In this document: positions 48,680 to 61,575 of the stretch, one piece after another
Layout: the number at the start of each line of letters is the position of its first letter
How positions within the stretch are numbered: position 1 is the stretch's first letter
Source of the DNA: Scyliorhinus canicula
Taxonomy: Eukaryota
Length of the DNA stretch: 64,000 bases
Direction of reading: 5' to 3'
Assembly: GCF_902713615.1 (NCBI RefSeq)
Contig: NC_052153.1
Span: 96,288,301-96,352,300 of the forward strand
The notes under the pieces: generated by a model
The model's input: the letters and a program-made list of their open reading frames with translations, nothing else
What the model was told of the DNA's origin: nothing
Database searches by the model: none
Translations under genes and position numbers: made by a program

Positions 48680-48960
48680 GTCTTGTGGGCTGTAGTGTAT
48701 GAGATGCCACACAAGTCTCCGCTCGAATCCTGGAATGATCCTGAGGAGCAAATGTTCAGGGCTGCGATGATCTTGACGGCCACCGGAAGCAGGGACCCTC
48801 CTCCTCCACGTGGTGCTAAATCCGCAAGGTCATGGCATGGGTGCTGCACCGACCCCTTGTTGAGGCGGAGCCTCCTGTGGCACTCCTCAGAGGGCCAGCG
48901 AAGCCTGTACACCATTAGGACAAGTTCCGCTCAGTCCAAAATATCGTCAATACCGTTAAA
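48680..48960 (-). pseudogene. Harbinger transposase N-terminal remnant
   Basis: VYR..SEECHRRLRLNK..LPVAVKIIAALNICSSGSFQDSSGDLCGISY. Confidence 0.85.
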
Positions 48961-50363
48961 TACCTATTAGAAATTGAAGAGGTTCCCCCAGCCGCCCCAT
49001 TGCTTCCCCCCAGCACGCCCTGCCATGCATCGCCGGCCATAGCGGAGGTGGCCTGCTCACCAGACCCCACACCTTGCACACCAGACACTCGCACGTAATG
49101 TCACCTGGACAGGACGCAAGTCTCCTCCCCGGTGCACACACACATCCACCGGCTAGGGTAATGACCCCGAGGCTGGGGCTCAGCCCGTGGATGTTCACAT
49201 GTTGGATGCTGCATCTATACTGTTGCTTCCTGCAGTGGTCAGGCGCAGTATCCAGGCATCACGGTCTGATTAGGATGCTAGCCACATGCTACATGGCCCG
49301 CCCACCCACGGGAATCTACTTGGGAAATGCGATGTGCTCACTTAACTACAGTTGCAAATTCCCTATTTGCCTTCAACCACGCGGCCAGAAGCCTCCGCGG
49401 TCAGAGGGAGTTATGGGGTGGTCAGTGGGGCAGGCAGGCAGGGGCTCGGGTTTCCCCGCAACGGTACACACAATCCAGAGGTTGGTATGGCGCACCCGTG
49501 GAAGATTAGATCCCACTCCCCCAGGCAAGACCATAGGCAGCCAGACCCCCATGCTCCGCGGCTCCCACCCCCATGGTGACCCACCTGGGGCCCTGCTTGC
49601 TTCCCCACCCCATCTTCTGAGCACCAGAGCAGCAGCCACAGTGCCCAGGCTCTTTGCCTGTGGGCATAGCTGGCTATTCACCTCCTTGTGACCCCGCAGC
49701 AGCCCCTCCACCTGTTTCACGCTTTTAAAAAGAAGTACTAATTGGCACCTCCATGACTAATTTCTGGGGAGGCCATTTGATCACAGGGTGCCATTAGATA
49801 GGTGATCGCTCCCGTTAATTGTATGGAGATAGCGTTTAAGTGGTGATTATTGATTTCTCACCACACTAAGGCGAGATCCAGATTTCATCAATGAGAGCGG
49901 GCCGGTTATATCGCAAACAGGTCGGCGCATGGTGCGATTCTCGATTTTGGCCTCTCCGGCTATTTAACGGCCATGTCGCATTCTCACTTAAGTGCAGTGC
50001 AGCCATTAAATCACGCCCACGATATCTGAACTGAACTGGCATTCCATATTAAGGTATACAAGACCAGTTCAGACCCGTACTCTTATTTCCCAGTTTTCTG
50101 AAAGAGCTAGGACACTGTTTACTTTGTGCCCCCCATATACACCCTCCCTCCACGAGCCCACTGAAACTGCTGCAGAATCTTAAGGGAATCCTGGGTACAG
50201 AAAAGTCCACTTACCTCATGCCCTTCATCGCTACTGCCACCAGCTGGCAGGGCTGTACTGGACATGGCCAACAGCCATGACAACAGCCACAGGGCCCAGC
50301 ATCTCAGCTATCTTCGACGATCTCACCCATGCAGATGTTGGGGAGACAGCACAGGTTCCACCA

Positions 50364-51136
50364 TTACTGAGGAGGTCGTGGATAGCACGTTCAGTGAGTT
50401 GGTCACACCGCAGATTAGGATTGGTGGCGGAGACAGGGAATGGGTGACCAAAAGGCAGAGAAAGAGCAGGAAGGCAGTGCAGGTGTCCCCTGCAGTCATC
50501 TCCCTCCAAAACAGGTATACCGTTTTGGATACTGTTGGGGGAGATGTCTCACCAGGGGAAAGCAGTAGTAGTCAGGCTCAGGCACCGTGGCGAGCTCTGC
50601 TGCACAGAAGGGCGGGAAAAAGACTGGCAGGGCTATAGTCATAGGGGATTCAATTGTAAGGGAAGTAGACAGGCGTTTCTGTGGTCGAAAATGAGACTCC
50701 CGAATGGTATGTTGTCTCCCGGGTGCTCGGGTCAAGGATGTCTCCGATCGGCTGCAGGACATACCGAAGGGGGAGGGTGAACAGCCAGTTGTCGTGGTGC
50801 ATATAGGCACCAACGATATATGTAAAAAAAGGGATGAGGTCCTACAATCAGAATTTAGGGAGTTAGGAGATAAGTTAAAAAGTAGGACCTCAAAGGTAGT
50901 AATCTCAGGATTGCTACCAGTACCACGGGACAGTCAGAGTAGAAATTCAAGAATAGTCAGAATGAATACGTGGCTTGAGAGATGGTGCAGGAGGGAGGGT
51001 TCAGATTTTTGGGACATTAGAACCGGTTCTGGTGGCGGTGGGACCATTACAAACCGGATGGTCTACACCTGGGCAGGACTGGAACCAATGTCCTAGGGGG
51101 TGCTTTTGCTAACACTGTTGGGGAGGTTTTAAACTA
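50364..51136 (+). pseudogene. CR1 ORF1, SGNH esterase domain (stops and frameshifts)
   Basis: VIGDSIV, CLPGARVKDV, VVHIGTNDI, DGLHL. Confidence 0.85.
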
Positions 51137-54071
51137 ATGTGGCAGGGGGATGGGAACCAGATTAGGAAGTTAGAGGTCAGTAAAGAGGCAGCAACTAAAG
51201 CCAGTAAGGTACGAGACAATAAACTCAATGTCACTAGGGGGAAGAGTAGACAGGGAAGAGATGATGAACGCAAAGGTGGTCTGAGGTGCATTTGTTTTAA
51301 TGCGAGAAGTGTAGCAGGTAAGGCAGATGAATTCAGGGCTTGGATCAGTACCTGGGAATATGATGTTATTGGGATTACTGAGACTTGGTTGAGGGAAGGG
51401 CAGGACTGGCAACTGAATATCCCAGGGTATAGGTGCTTCAGGAGGGATAGAGAGGGAGGTAGAAGAGGTGGAAGAGTTGCATTACTCGTCAGAGATGATA
51501 TCACAGCTGTGATTAAGGAGGGCACGATGGAGGATTCGAGCACTGAGGCAATATGGGTGGAGCTGAGAAATAGGAAGGGTGCAGTAACATTTTGTTGGGA
51601 CTTTACTACAGGCCTCCCAAAAGCGAGCATGAAGTAGAGGAACAAATATGCAGACAGATTATAGAAAAAGGTAGGAGCAATAGGGTGGTTATGATGATAG
51701 ATTTTAACTTCCCCAACATTGAATGGGATTCGTGTAGTGTTGGAGGCGTAGATGGAGCAGAGTTTGTAAGGAGCATCCAGGAGAGTTTTTTAGAGCAGTA
51801 TGTAAATAGTCCAACTCGGGAAGGGGCCATACTGGACCTGGTATTGGGGAATGATCCCGGCCAGGTGGTTGATGTTTCAGTCGGTGATTACTTTGGGAAT
51901 AGCGATCACAATTCCGTAAGTTTTAGAATACTCATGGACAAGGACAAGAGGGGTACGAAAGGAAGAGTACTAAATTGGGGAAAGGCAGAGTATAACAAAA
52001 TTCGGCAGGGGCTAGGGAATGTGGATTGGAAGCAGCTGTTTAAGGGTAAATCCACATTTGAAATGTGGAAGTCTTTTAAGGAAAGGTTGATAAGAGTGCA
52101 GGACAGACATGTTCCTGTGAAAATGAAAGATAGAAATGGCAAGATTAGGGAACCATGGATAACGGATGGAATTGTGAGACTAGCTAAGATGAAAAAGGAA
52201 GCATACATAGGATCGAGGCAACTCAAAACTGATGAAGCTTTGGAGGAATATCGGGAAAGTAGGACGAATCCCAAACGCGCAATAAAGAGGGCAAAAGGGG
52301 TCATGAAATATCTTTGGCTAACAGGGTTAAGGAAAATCCCAAAGCATTTTATTCGTATGTAAGGAGCAAGAGGGTAACTAGAGAAAGGATTGGCCCACTT
52401 AAAGACAAAAGAGGGAATTTATGCGTGGACTCAAAGGAAATGGGTGAGATTCTTAATGAGTACTTTGCATCGGTATTCACAAAGGAGAGGGACAAGATGG
52501 ATGTTGAGGCTAGGGATGGATGTTTAAATACTCTCGGTCAAGTTGTCATACGGAAGGGGGAAGTTTTGGATATTCTGAAAGACATTAAGGTGGACAAGTC
52601 CCCAGGACCGGATGGGATCTATCCCAGATTGCTGAGGGAAGCGAGGGTCGAAATAGCTGGGGCCTTAACAGATATCTTTGCAGCATCCTTGAGCATGGGT
52701 GAGGTCCCGGAGGACTGGAGAATTGCTAATGTTGTCCCTTTGTTTAAGAAGGGTAGCAGGGATAATCCAGGGAATTATAGACCTGTGAGCTTGACGTCAG
52801 TGGTAGGCAAACTGTTGGAGAAGATACTGAGGGATAGGATCTATTCACATCTGGAAGAAAATAGACTTATCAGTGATAGGCAGCATGGTTTTGTGCAGGG
52901 AAGGTCATGTCTTACAAACCTAATAGAATTCTTTGAGGAAGTGACAAAATTAATTGATGAGGGAAGGGCTGTAGATGTCGTATACATGGACTTTAGTAAG
53001 GCGTTTGATAAGGTTTCCCATGGCAGGTTGATGGAAAAAGTGAACTCGTATGGGGTTCAGGGTGTACTAGCTGGATGGATAAAGAACTGGCTGGGCAACA
53101 GGAGACAAAGAGTAGTGGTGGAAGGGAGTGTCTCAAAATGGAGAAGGGTGACTAGTGGTGTTCCACAGGGATCCGTGCTCGGACCACTGCTGTTTGTGAT
53201 CTACATAAATGACCTGGAGGAAGGTATAAGTGGTCTGATTAGCAAATTTGCAGATGATACTAAGATTGGTGGAGTTGCAGATAGCGAGGACTGTCAGAGA
53301 ATACAACAAAATATAGATAGATTGGAGAGTTGGGCAGAGAAATGGCACATGGAGTTCAATCCAGGCAAATGCGAGGTGATGCATTTTGGAAGATCAAATT
53401 CAAGAGCGGACTATATGGTCAATGGAAGGGTCTTGGTGAAAATTGATGTGCAGAGAGATCTGGGAGTTCAAGTCCATTGTACCCTGAAGGTGGCAACGCA
53501 GGTCGATAGAGTGGTCAAGAAGGCATACAGCATGCTTGCCTTCATTGGACGGGGTATTGAGCACAAGAGTTGGCAGGTCATGTTACAGTTGTATAGGACT
53601 TTGGTTCGGTCACATTTAGAATACTGCGTGCAGTTCTGGTCGCCACATTACCAGAAGGATGTGGATGCCTTGGAGAGGGTGCAGAGGAGGTTCACCAGGA
53701 TGTTGCCTGGTATGGAGGGTGCTAGCTATGAAGAAAGGTTGAGTAGATTAGGATTGTTTTCGTTGGAAAGACGGAGATGGAGGGGGGACCTGATTGAGGT
53801 CTACAAAATTATGAGAGGTATGGACAGGGTGGATAGCAACAAGCTTTTCCCAAGAGTGGGGGTGTCAGTTACAAGGGGTCACGATTTCAAGGTGAGAGGG
53901 GGAAAGTTTAAGGGAGATGTGCGTGGAAAGTTTTTTACGCAGAGGGTGGTGGGTGCCTGGAACGCTTTACCAGCGGAGGTGGTAGAGGCGGGCACGATAG
54001 CATCATTTAAGAAGCATCTAGACAGGTATATGAATGGGCGGGAACAGAAGGAAGTAGACCTTGGAAAATAG
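51137..54071 (+). pseudogene. CR1 ORF2 (APE endonuclease and RT) in three frames; RT part 52314-54071 open for 585 aa
   Basis: FNARS, ITETW, DFNFP, SDH; [27 protein letters not shown]. Confidence 0.9.
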
Positions 54072-54174
54072 GAGACAGGTTTAGATAAAGGATCTGGATC
54101 GGCGCAGGCTGGGAGGGCCGAAGGGCCTGTTCCTGTGCTGTAATTTTCTTTGTTCTTTGTTCTTATTACATTGA

Positions 54175-54880
54175 TGCATGATTTCTCCCCCTTCCACAAA
54201 CATTCAAACCCTCCACCACCGACAAACAGTGGCAGCACTGCAGTAACTCACCAAGGTTCCTGAGACAAAACCTCCCAAACCCACGACCACTATCATGTAG
54301 AAGGACAAGAGCAGCAGATACCTGGGAGCCCCACCATCTGGAGGTTTCCCTCCAAGTCACTCACCATCCTGACTTGGAAACATATCGCCGTTCCTTCACA
54401 GATGTTGGATCAACACCTTGGAACTCCCTCCCTTACAGCACAGTGGGTGTACCTACATCTCATGGGCTGCAGTGGTAGCACAATGGTTAGCACAGTTGCT
54501 TCACGGTTCCGAGGTCCCAGGTTCAATTCCCGGCTTGGATCACTGTCTGTGCGGAGACTGCACTTTCTCCCGGTGTCTGCGTGGGTTTCCTCCGGGTGCT
54601 CCGGTTTCCTCCCACAGTCCAAAGGTTAGTGAATTGACCATGATAAATTTCCTCTTGATGTCCAAAATAAAAGGATCGGTGGGTTTACTGGGTTACGGGG
54701 ATAGGGTGCCGGTGTGGGCTTAAGTAGATTGCTCTTTCCAAGAGCCGGTACAGACTCAAAGGGCCGAATGGCCTCCTTCTGCACTGTAAATTCTATGATT
54801 CTGTGTTAAGAAGGCAGCTCACCACCACCTTCTGAAGGGCAACTAGGGATGGGCAATAAATACTGGCCTAACCAGTGTAA
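54175..54880 (+). mobile_element. CR1/L2-group LINE 3' end (same family as 23019-24020) with a nested SINE
   Basis: CCCCTTCCACAAACATTCAAACCCTCCACCACCGAC and the tail match 23670-24015. Confidence 0.85.
54464..54805 (+). mobile_element. HE1 V-SINE with CR1-derived tail
   Basis: A/B boxes, V-domain, tail GGGCCGAATGGCCTCCTTCTGCACTGTAAATTCTATGATTCT. Confidence 0.9.
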
Positions 54881-55843
54881 ATTTGCATACACGACAGGAA
54901 AAGTATGAGGTGTCTATTTTTTCAGGGTTGATCTAATTAAATCAACAGGTGCTCTCTTTTCATTCCCTCATCTGTAAAACTGATGCTTGTTTCCACTATT
55001 TGCTTATTTCTACTGCTAATTGTATCAATTTCTTGATTGCACACTTCAGAATGTGGCCAGTTACAGTTATCTTCAGTCCTGAGTTAAGCTACCTGGACTT
55101 TCTCCATTTCACCTCCAAAGCCTTCTTTTTCATCTTTGCAAAGTAGTATGCCTGCGGTTCACCCCAATTTTCCTCATCCGCTGATGAAACCCTCATTCAG
55201 GCTTTGATGATCTCAAGGGATTGATTTGTCGAGTCCCTTTCTCGCATGATTCCCCACCTTTATCCGCAACACGCAACATCATCCAGGATGACGTAACTCA
55301 AATAATGCCTGGTACATGTTGCACTTTCTCTGACAGATTCCTTGTTCTTTGTAGCTCAACTTCAAATCTCTGTCCATATTTCCTAATCCCTCCATGGCTT
55401 TTCTCCTTCGTTCCTTCAACAGGCATGTTTTGACATGTTCTCAAATTCAAAGGATGGTTACATCTATTCCACCTTAACTCAGCATCAGATTCAATCTCTC
55501 GCTTCTTAAGTATATAACATTCAACTATAAATCTTCGCAGTTCAACTGTCGTCTTCCACCCCAGAAAACAGAATGATCACTAATTTTGCCATTTGCATTC
55601 TGTCATTTTTTTTTAACATAGCATTTAAATAAACATACACATTTTCTCATCATGTTCTTATCCTGCCATTTCAATGTTCACAGTTCTCTTGAAGCACCAT
55701 AGTCAAAATCTTCACAAAATTGCATTAGTAGCCAATGTGAAAAGTGCTGGATTTAATTATAGTGAAAAGTAGTCCATCTGGGATAATTCTCTGAGGGAAA
55801 ATAAAATGTGCCTAGGCAAAATATTTGCTACTTTATGCACCTA

Positions 55844-56033
55844 GGGGCTGTTTAGCACACTGGGCTAAATCGCTGGCTTTGAAAGCAGACCAAGCAGGCC
55901 AGCAGCACGGTTCGATTCCCGTAACAGCCTCCCCGAACAGGTGCCGGAATGTGGCGACTAGGGGCTTTTCACAGTAACTTCATTTGAAGCCTACTCGTGA
56001 CAATAAGCGATTTTCATTTCATTTCATTTTTTT
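55844..56033 (+). mobile_element. tRNA-derived SINE, non-V head, (ATTTC)n tail
   Basis: TAGCACACTGG A-box-like, GGTTCGATTCCC B box; TSD CACCTAG/CACATAG. Confidence 0.8.
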
Positions 56034-56084
56034 CACATAGTCACTTCTGCAATATGTAGTAGAAAGTAAGAAAGAATTAACTTG

Positions 56085-58478
56085 AATTTGGATTTTGTTA
56101 ATTGTCATGTGTACCGAGGTACCGTGAAAAGTATATTTATGTGAGCAGCTCAACCGATCATTAAGTACATGAAAAGAAAAGAAAATATATCATAGGGCAA
56201 CACCAGGTACACAATGTAACTATATAAACTCCGGCATCAAGTGAAGCATATAGGGTGTAGTATTAATGAGGTCGGTCCATAAGAGGGTCGTTTAGGAGTC
56301 TGGTAACAGCAGGGAAGAAGCTGTTTTTGAGTCTGTTCATGCGTGTTCTCAGACTTGTGTATCTCGTGCCCGATGGAAGAAGTTGGAAGAGTGAGTAAGC
56401 CGGGTGGGAGGGGTTTTTGATTATGCTGCCCGCTTTCCCCAGGCAGTGGGAGGTGTAGATGGAGTCAATGGAATGGGAGGCAGGTTTGTGTGATGGACTG
56501 GGCGGTGTTCACGACTCTGAAGTTTCTTGCGGTCTTGGGTCGAGCAGTTGCCATACCAGGCTGTGGTGCAGCCAGATAGGATGCTTTCTATGGTGCATCT
56601 GTAAAAGTTGGTAAGATTTAATGTGGACGTGCCGAATTTCCTTAGTTTCCTGAGGAAGTATCGGCGCTGTCGTGCTTTCTTGGTGGTAGCATCGATGTGG
56701 GTGGACCAGGACAGATTTTTGAAGATGTGCACCCCTCGGAATTTGAAACTGCTAACCATCTCCACCTCGGCCTCTTTGATGCTGACAGGGGTGTGTACAG
56801 TACTTTGCTTCCTGAAGTCAATGATCAGCTCTTTAATTTTGCTGGCATTGAGGAATAGATTGTTCTCGCTGCACCACTCCACTAGGTTCTCAATCTCCCT
56901 CCTGTATTCTGATTCGTCGTTATTCAAGATCAGGCCCACTCTGGTCGTATCGTCAACAACTTATAGATGGAGTTGGAACAAAATTTTGCCACGCAGTCGT
57001 GTGTGTACAGGGAGAAGAGTAGGGGGCTAAGTGCGCAGCCTTGCAGGGCCCTGGTTTTGAGGACTATTGTGGAGGAGGTGTTGTTGGTCATTCTTACTGA
57101 TTGTGGTCTGTTGGTCAGAAAGTCGAGGATCCAATTGCAGAGTAGGGAGCGAAGTCCTAGGTTTTGGAGCTTTGATATGAGTTTGGCTGGGATTATGGTG
57201 TTGAAGGCAGAGCTGCAGTAAATAAATAGGAGTCTGATGTAGAAGTCCTTGTTGTCAAGATGCTCTAGGAATGAGTGTAGGGCCAAGAAGATGGCATCTG
57301 CTGTGGACCGGTTGCGGCAGAACATGAATTGTAGTGGATCAAAGCGTTCTGGGAGTATGGAGGTGATGCGCTTCATGACCAACCTCTCGAAGCACATCAT
57401 TAAACTGAAGTCAGGGCCACCTGACGGTAGTCATTGAGGCACGTGGCCTGGTTCTTCTTTTGGCACCGGTATGATGGTGGTCTTCTTGAAGCAGGTGGGG
57501 ACCTGGGAGCGGAGTAGGGACAGGTTAAAGATGTCCGTGAGCACATCTGCCAGCTGGTCCGCGCAGGCTCTGAGTGCACAATTAGGGATCCGTCCGGACC
57601 CGTCTCCTTCTGAGGATTCACTTTCAGGAAGGCTGATCTGACTTTGGAAGCTGTGATGGTGGGTATGGGTGTGTTATGGGCTGCTGGGACACTCTACAGT
57701 GGATTGTTTGTTTTTTGCTCGAACCGAGCATTGAACGCATTGAGTTCATCGGGGAGGGGTGCGCTGCTGCTGGAGATACTGCTCAGCTTTGCTTTGTAGC
57801 CCGTTATGGTGTTTAGGCCTTGCCACAACCGTCGAGAGTCTGTAATGCTAGTCTGTGACTCTAGTTTGGTTGATATTCTCTCTTGGCATCCCAGTTGGCT
57901 TTGCAGAGGTCATACCTGGAATTCGTGTATAGGTCAGGGTCGCATAACTTGAACGCCTCAGACCTGCCCTTCAGTAGGGAGTCAATCTCGCGATTGGGTC
58001 ATGGTTTCCGGTTGGGGAACGTACTACTTTCTTTGGTATGCAGATGTCCACACATTTGCTGATGAAGTCTGTGACGGTGGTGGCATACTCATTTCAGTTG
58101 GTCGCTGAGTTCTTCTACCTCTTCGCCCTTCAGTCTGTAAGCAGTCTCGTCGGAGCTCTTCTGTTTCCTCGTACCAGCACTGCACGACTTTCTTAGCTGG
58201 ATTCTCCCGCTTGAGTTTCTGCTGGGTGGAGCACCGTCTTTTGGTCTGATTTTCCAAAGTACGGTCAGGGAATGGAACAGTAGGCACCCTTGATTTTTGA
58301 GCAGAATTGGTCAAGAGTGTTGTCACCCCTGGTGGGACGGGTGATGTGCTGGTGGAATTTTGGCAGTACACTCTTGAGGTTTGCCTTGTTGAAGTCCCCG
58401 GCCGTGATGAACAAGGCCTCTGGGTGTTCTGTTTTGTAGTTGTTTATAACATGGAAATTGCTGTAGGATTATTGGTGG
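56085..58478 (-). mobile_element. Rex1/Babar LINE, 5'-truncated within the APE domain, frameshifted
   Basis: [62 protein letters not shown]. Confidence 0.9.
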
Positions 58479-59512
58479 GTGGTGGTGGTTGATGGCAAAT
58501 GTTCATCCTGGAGTTCAGTTACTAGTGGTGTACCGCAAGGATCTGTTTTGGGGCCACTGTTGATTGTCATTTTTATAAATGACCTGGAAGAGGGTGTAGA
58601 AGGATGGGTTAGTAAATTTGCAGATGACACGAAGGTCGGTGGAGTTGTGGATAGTGCTGAAGGATGTTATAGGATACAGAGGGACATAGATACGCTGCAG
58701 AGCTGGGCTGAGAGGTGGCAGATGGAGTTTAATGCGGAAAAGTGTGAGGTGGTTCACTTTGGAAGGAGTAACAGGAATGCAGAGTACTGGGCTAATGGCA
58801 AGATTCTTGGTAGTGTAGATGAACAGAGAGATCTCGGCATCCAGGTACATAAATCCCTGAAAGTTGCCACCCAGGTTAATAGGGCTGTTAAGAAGGCATA
58901 TGGTGTGCTAGCCTTTATAAGCAGGGGGATTGAGTTTCGGAACCACAAGGTCATGCTGCAGCTGTACATAACTCTGGTGCGGCCACACCTGGAGTACTGC
59001 GTGCAGTTCTGGTCACCACATTATAGGAAGGATGTGGAAGCTTTGGAAAGGGTTCAGAGGAGATTTACTAGGATGTTGCCTGGTATGGAGGGAAGGTCTT
59101 ACGAGGAAAGGCTCAGGGAATTGAGGTTGTTTTCGTTAGAGAGGAGAAGGCTGAGAGGTGACTTAATAGAGACATATAAGATAGTCAGAGGGTTAAATAG
59201 AGTGGACAGTGAGAGTCTTTTTCCTCGGATGGTGATGACCAACACAAGGGGACATAGCTTTAAATTGAGGGGTGATAGATATAGGACAGATGTCAGAGGC
59301 AGTTTCTTTACTCAGAGAGTAGTAGGGGTGTGGAACGCCCTGCCTGCAATAGTAGTAGACTCGCCAACTTTAAGGGCATTTAAGTGGTCACTGGATAGAC
59401 ATATGGATGAAAATGGAATAGTGTAGGTCAGATAGGCTTCGGATGGTTTCACAGGTCGGCGCAACATTGAGGGCCGAAGGGCCCGTACTGCGCTGTAGTG
59501 TTCTATGTTCTA
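58479..59512 (+). mobile_element. CR1 LINE, 3' 1 kb with an open RT C-terminus (315 aa)
   Basis: [15 protein letters not shown], (TTCTATG)n tail. Confidence 0.95.
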
Positions 59513-59514
59513 GG

Positions 59515-59950
59515 GTCCTCTACGGGTGGAAGTTCTGCGTCAGCAACGGCCAGCACTGGAGTTGGAGATGAGACTTCAATGGGGAATGCTTCCTGCATCC
59601 AAGGTAGTCTAGGTGCTTCCACAGATCTTTATCTGGGACCTTCACCTTCTTGGATACAGGCCCCATTTTCTCTAATATGACTCCCGGACCCAACTGGTGC
59701 CATCTCTGAAATTCCGCACACAGACTGAGTCACCAGTCTTAAGCACTCGCTCAGATATTATGGCATCATGGGTTTTTTTTGATTTTCCTGTTGGGACTCC
59801 ACCCTCCCTGCCAAGTTTGGAAATAACAAGCTTAACATGCTGCGAAGCCGTCGCCCCATTAATAGTTCTGCCATGGTATGAGGAGTGATCTTGTTATCAA
59901 ATATGAACCATGAAAACCTAATCTCTATGGATGTGGCTGGCTGCTTCTTC
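59515..59950 (-). mobile_element. Gypsy integrase C-terminal relic
   Basis: MKKQPATSIE..TPH..AELLMGRRLRSMLSLLFPNL. Confidence 0.75.
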
Positions 59951-59959
59951 ATGTGGTTC

Positions 59960-61160
59960 TTGGAGGTCTACGTTGCTCTATATGTGCTATCCATGATGCT
60001 CTCTGACTCACAGTTGCTCCAGTTTCTCCAGCCGCCACTCCAGCTCTGAAACTCGACCTTCCAGGAGCTGTAACTGAAGACACTTCCTGCACACATGTGG
60101 ACCCTGGGGACTGGAACAGTCCCCAGCCTGCCACATGGAGCAAGAGCAGCAAACCACGGCTTGGAGCTCTGCTGTCATGTCTTATCCCTTTAAATTAAAC
60201 TTTTGATAGATGTTTTGTTTCAGATTATATCCAAAGTCTCCTATACTGTTTAATTAGATTTTCTTTTTTTAAAACTGATTATTTTTCTGTCTTGATCTGA
60301 AATCAAATTAAAAATAGTAATTTAAATCAGTAACTCAACAGATTTTCAAATTAATCCCAGTCTCCCTTTCAGTCAATCAGGTCACGGTCTCCTGTGACAT
60401 CACTTGACTATTTTTTTCAAATTCTGAAACAAACACAGTGGGCGGGATACTCCGATCGGTGACGCCGGAATCGCGTTCATCGATCGGCCGGATAATCCCC
60501 GTTTACGCTGGAATCGGGGGCCGCGCCATTTTTATGATGCCCTGCACCCTTGGGAGTACGCCGCACGCCGTATGAACGGCCTCAGGATGTCAGCTGAGGC
60601 CCTCCTCTGATGCTCCACCCCCAATGGGCCGAGTTCCTGACGGCGCCGCTCCCATGTGCTCACACTGTTCTGGGACCTTACATGGCGAATGCGGACTGAG
60701 CCCAGCGCCGCCACAATCGAGGGGGGTGGGAGCTGTTCCATTGGCAAGGGGGAGCTTTGGTGGGGGCTGGGGGGACTGGTGGGGGGTGGTCCAGGGGTGG
60801 TGAGGCTAGTTACAGGGGGCCAGTTTTTGTCAGGGAGGGTCCGCACGCGGCCAGCACCATGCTGCACGGTGTGTTGCCAAAGACCGTCACCGTGCGTATA
60901 ACGCGGCCATGGACCCGGCCATTCTCCAGCCTTATCCACAGGTAAAGCCGGGGGCTTTACGCTGCACGGCTTCTAACCCCCCCCAGTCGGACGAAGGATC
61001 AGTGTGTGTGCGGCGCCAACTTTCTGGTCGTAACCAGACGTATCCTGCGGACATAGCTGCAGTATTGGCGAATTCAGCCCAGGGTTTCTCACCTGGCTCC
61101 TCTCCGCTCCCGGAAGGTAAGTGAAGGCCCCGAGCCTCACACTGTTTACGTCTCAGTAGA
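59960..61160 (-). mobile_element. CR1 5' end (5'UTR and ORF1 N-terminal zinc finger/leucine zipper), interrupted by a MITE
   Basis: MTAELQAVVCCSCSMW..HVCRKCLQLQLLEGRVSELE from about 60178 on the minus strand. Confidence 0.7.
60440..61080. mobile_element. Harbinger-type MITE
   Basis: GGGCGGGATACTCC / GGCGAATTCAGCCC ends; flanks AGT/AGG. Confidence 0.75.
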
Positions 61161-61575
61161 GGTGGTCATTGCATTCTCTTTAACACAATGAAAGTTTCTT
61201 CTGGGTTCATATTTTCTTCAGAGATTCACATGTGGGGCCTGAGTAGCATAGCCGCCATAAATGCGGGCAGTATTCATGATGTGCAATTAACCCATGTATG
61301 TTCAATACAATGCACGCAGCATGGCAGCTTTGTCCTGCCTGCCATTTGAATGATTGATAAGCATGCTGGTCATTGACTGCACTCATTAGCAGGGACCCAT
61401 AATAATAATATTCTAGAAATTTAATCTGTGCCTCTTAAAGAGGCTATGCATGTAGCTGGAAGAGGTGTTGGAAATTGTGTGGAACAGAATCTAACATAGT
61501 AAGAGTTGAAGAAACGCACAATGGGGAAAGCAGGCTCAAAGAGTTTCAATGAAGTAAAAAAAGGAAAGATATCCT

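Larger units (their letters stand above)
46784..50018. mobile_element. Harbinger element with convergent Myb/SANT (+) and transposase (-) remnants
   Basis: TIRs GGGCGTGA(G/T)TTAATGG match at 15/16; flanks AAG/ACG. Confidence 0.85.
50364..54163 (+). mobile_element. Near full-length CR1 (HER1-like) LINE
   Basis: ORF1 esterase, ORF2 APE and RT, 3' stem-loop GGGCCGAAGGGCCTG and (TTCTTTG)n tail. Confidence 0.95.

Noticed and set aside
50205-50363. Minus-strand exon-like segment ending GAG/GTAAGT
   Set aside because: Contains stops and resembles a Harbinger Myb exon remnant rather than a host exon
60434-60480. CACAGTG heptamers (also near 7763, 24496, 29843) as V(D)J RSS
   Set aside because: No nonamer at 12/23 spacing and no Ig/TCR segments nearby
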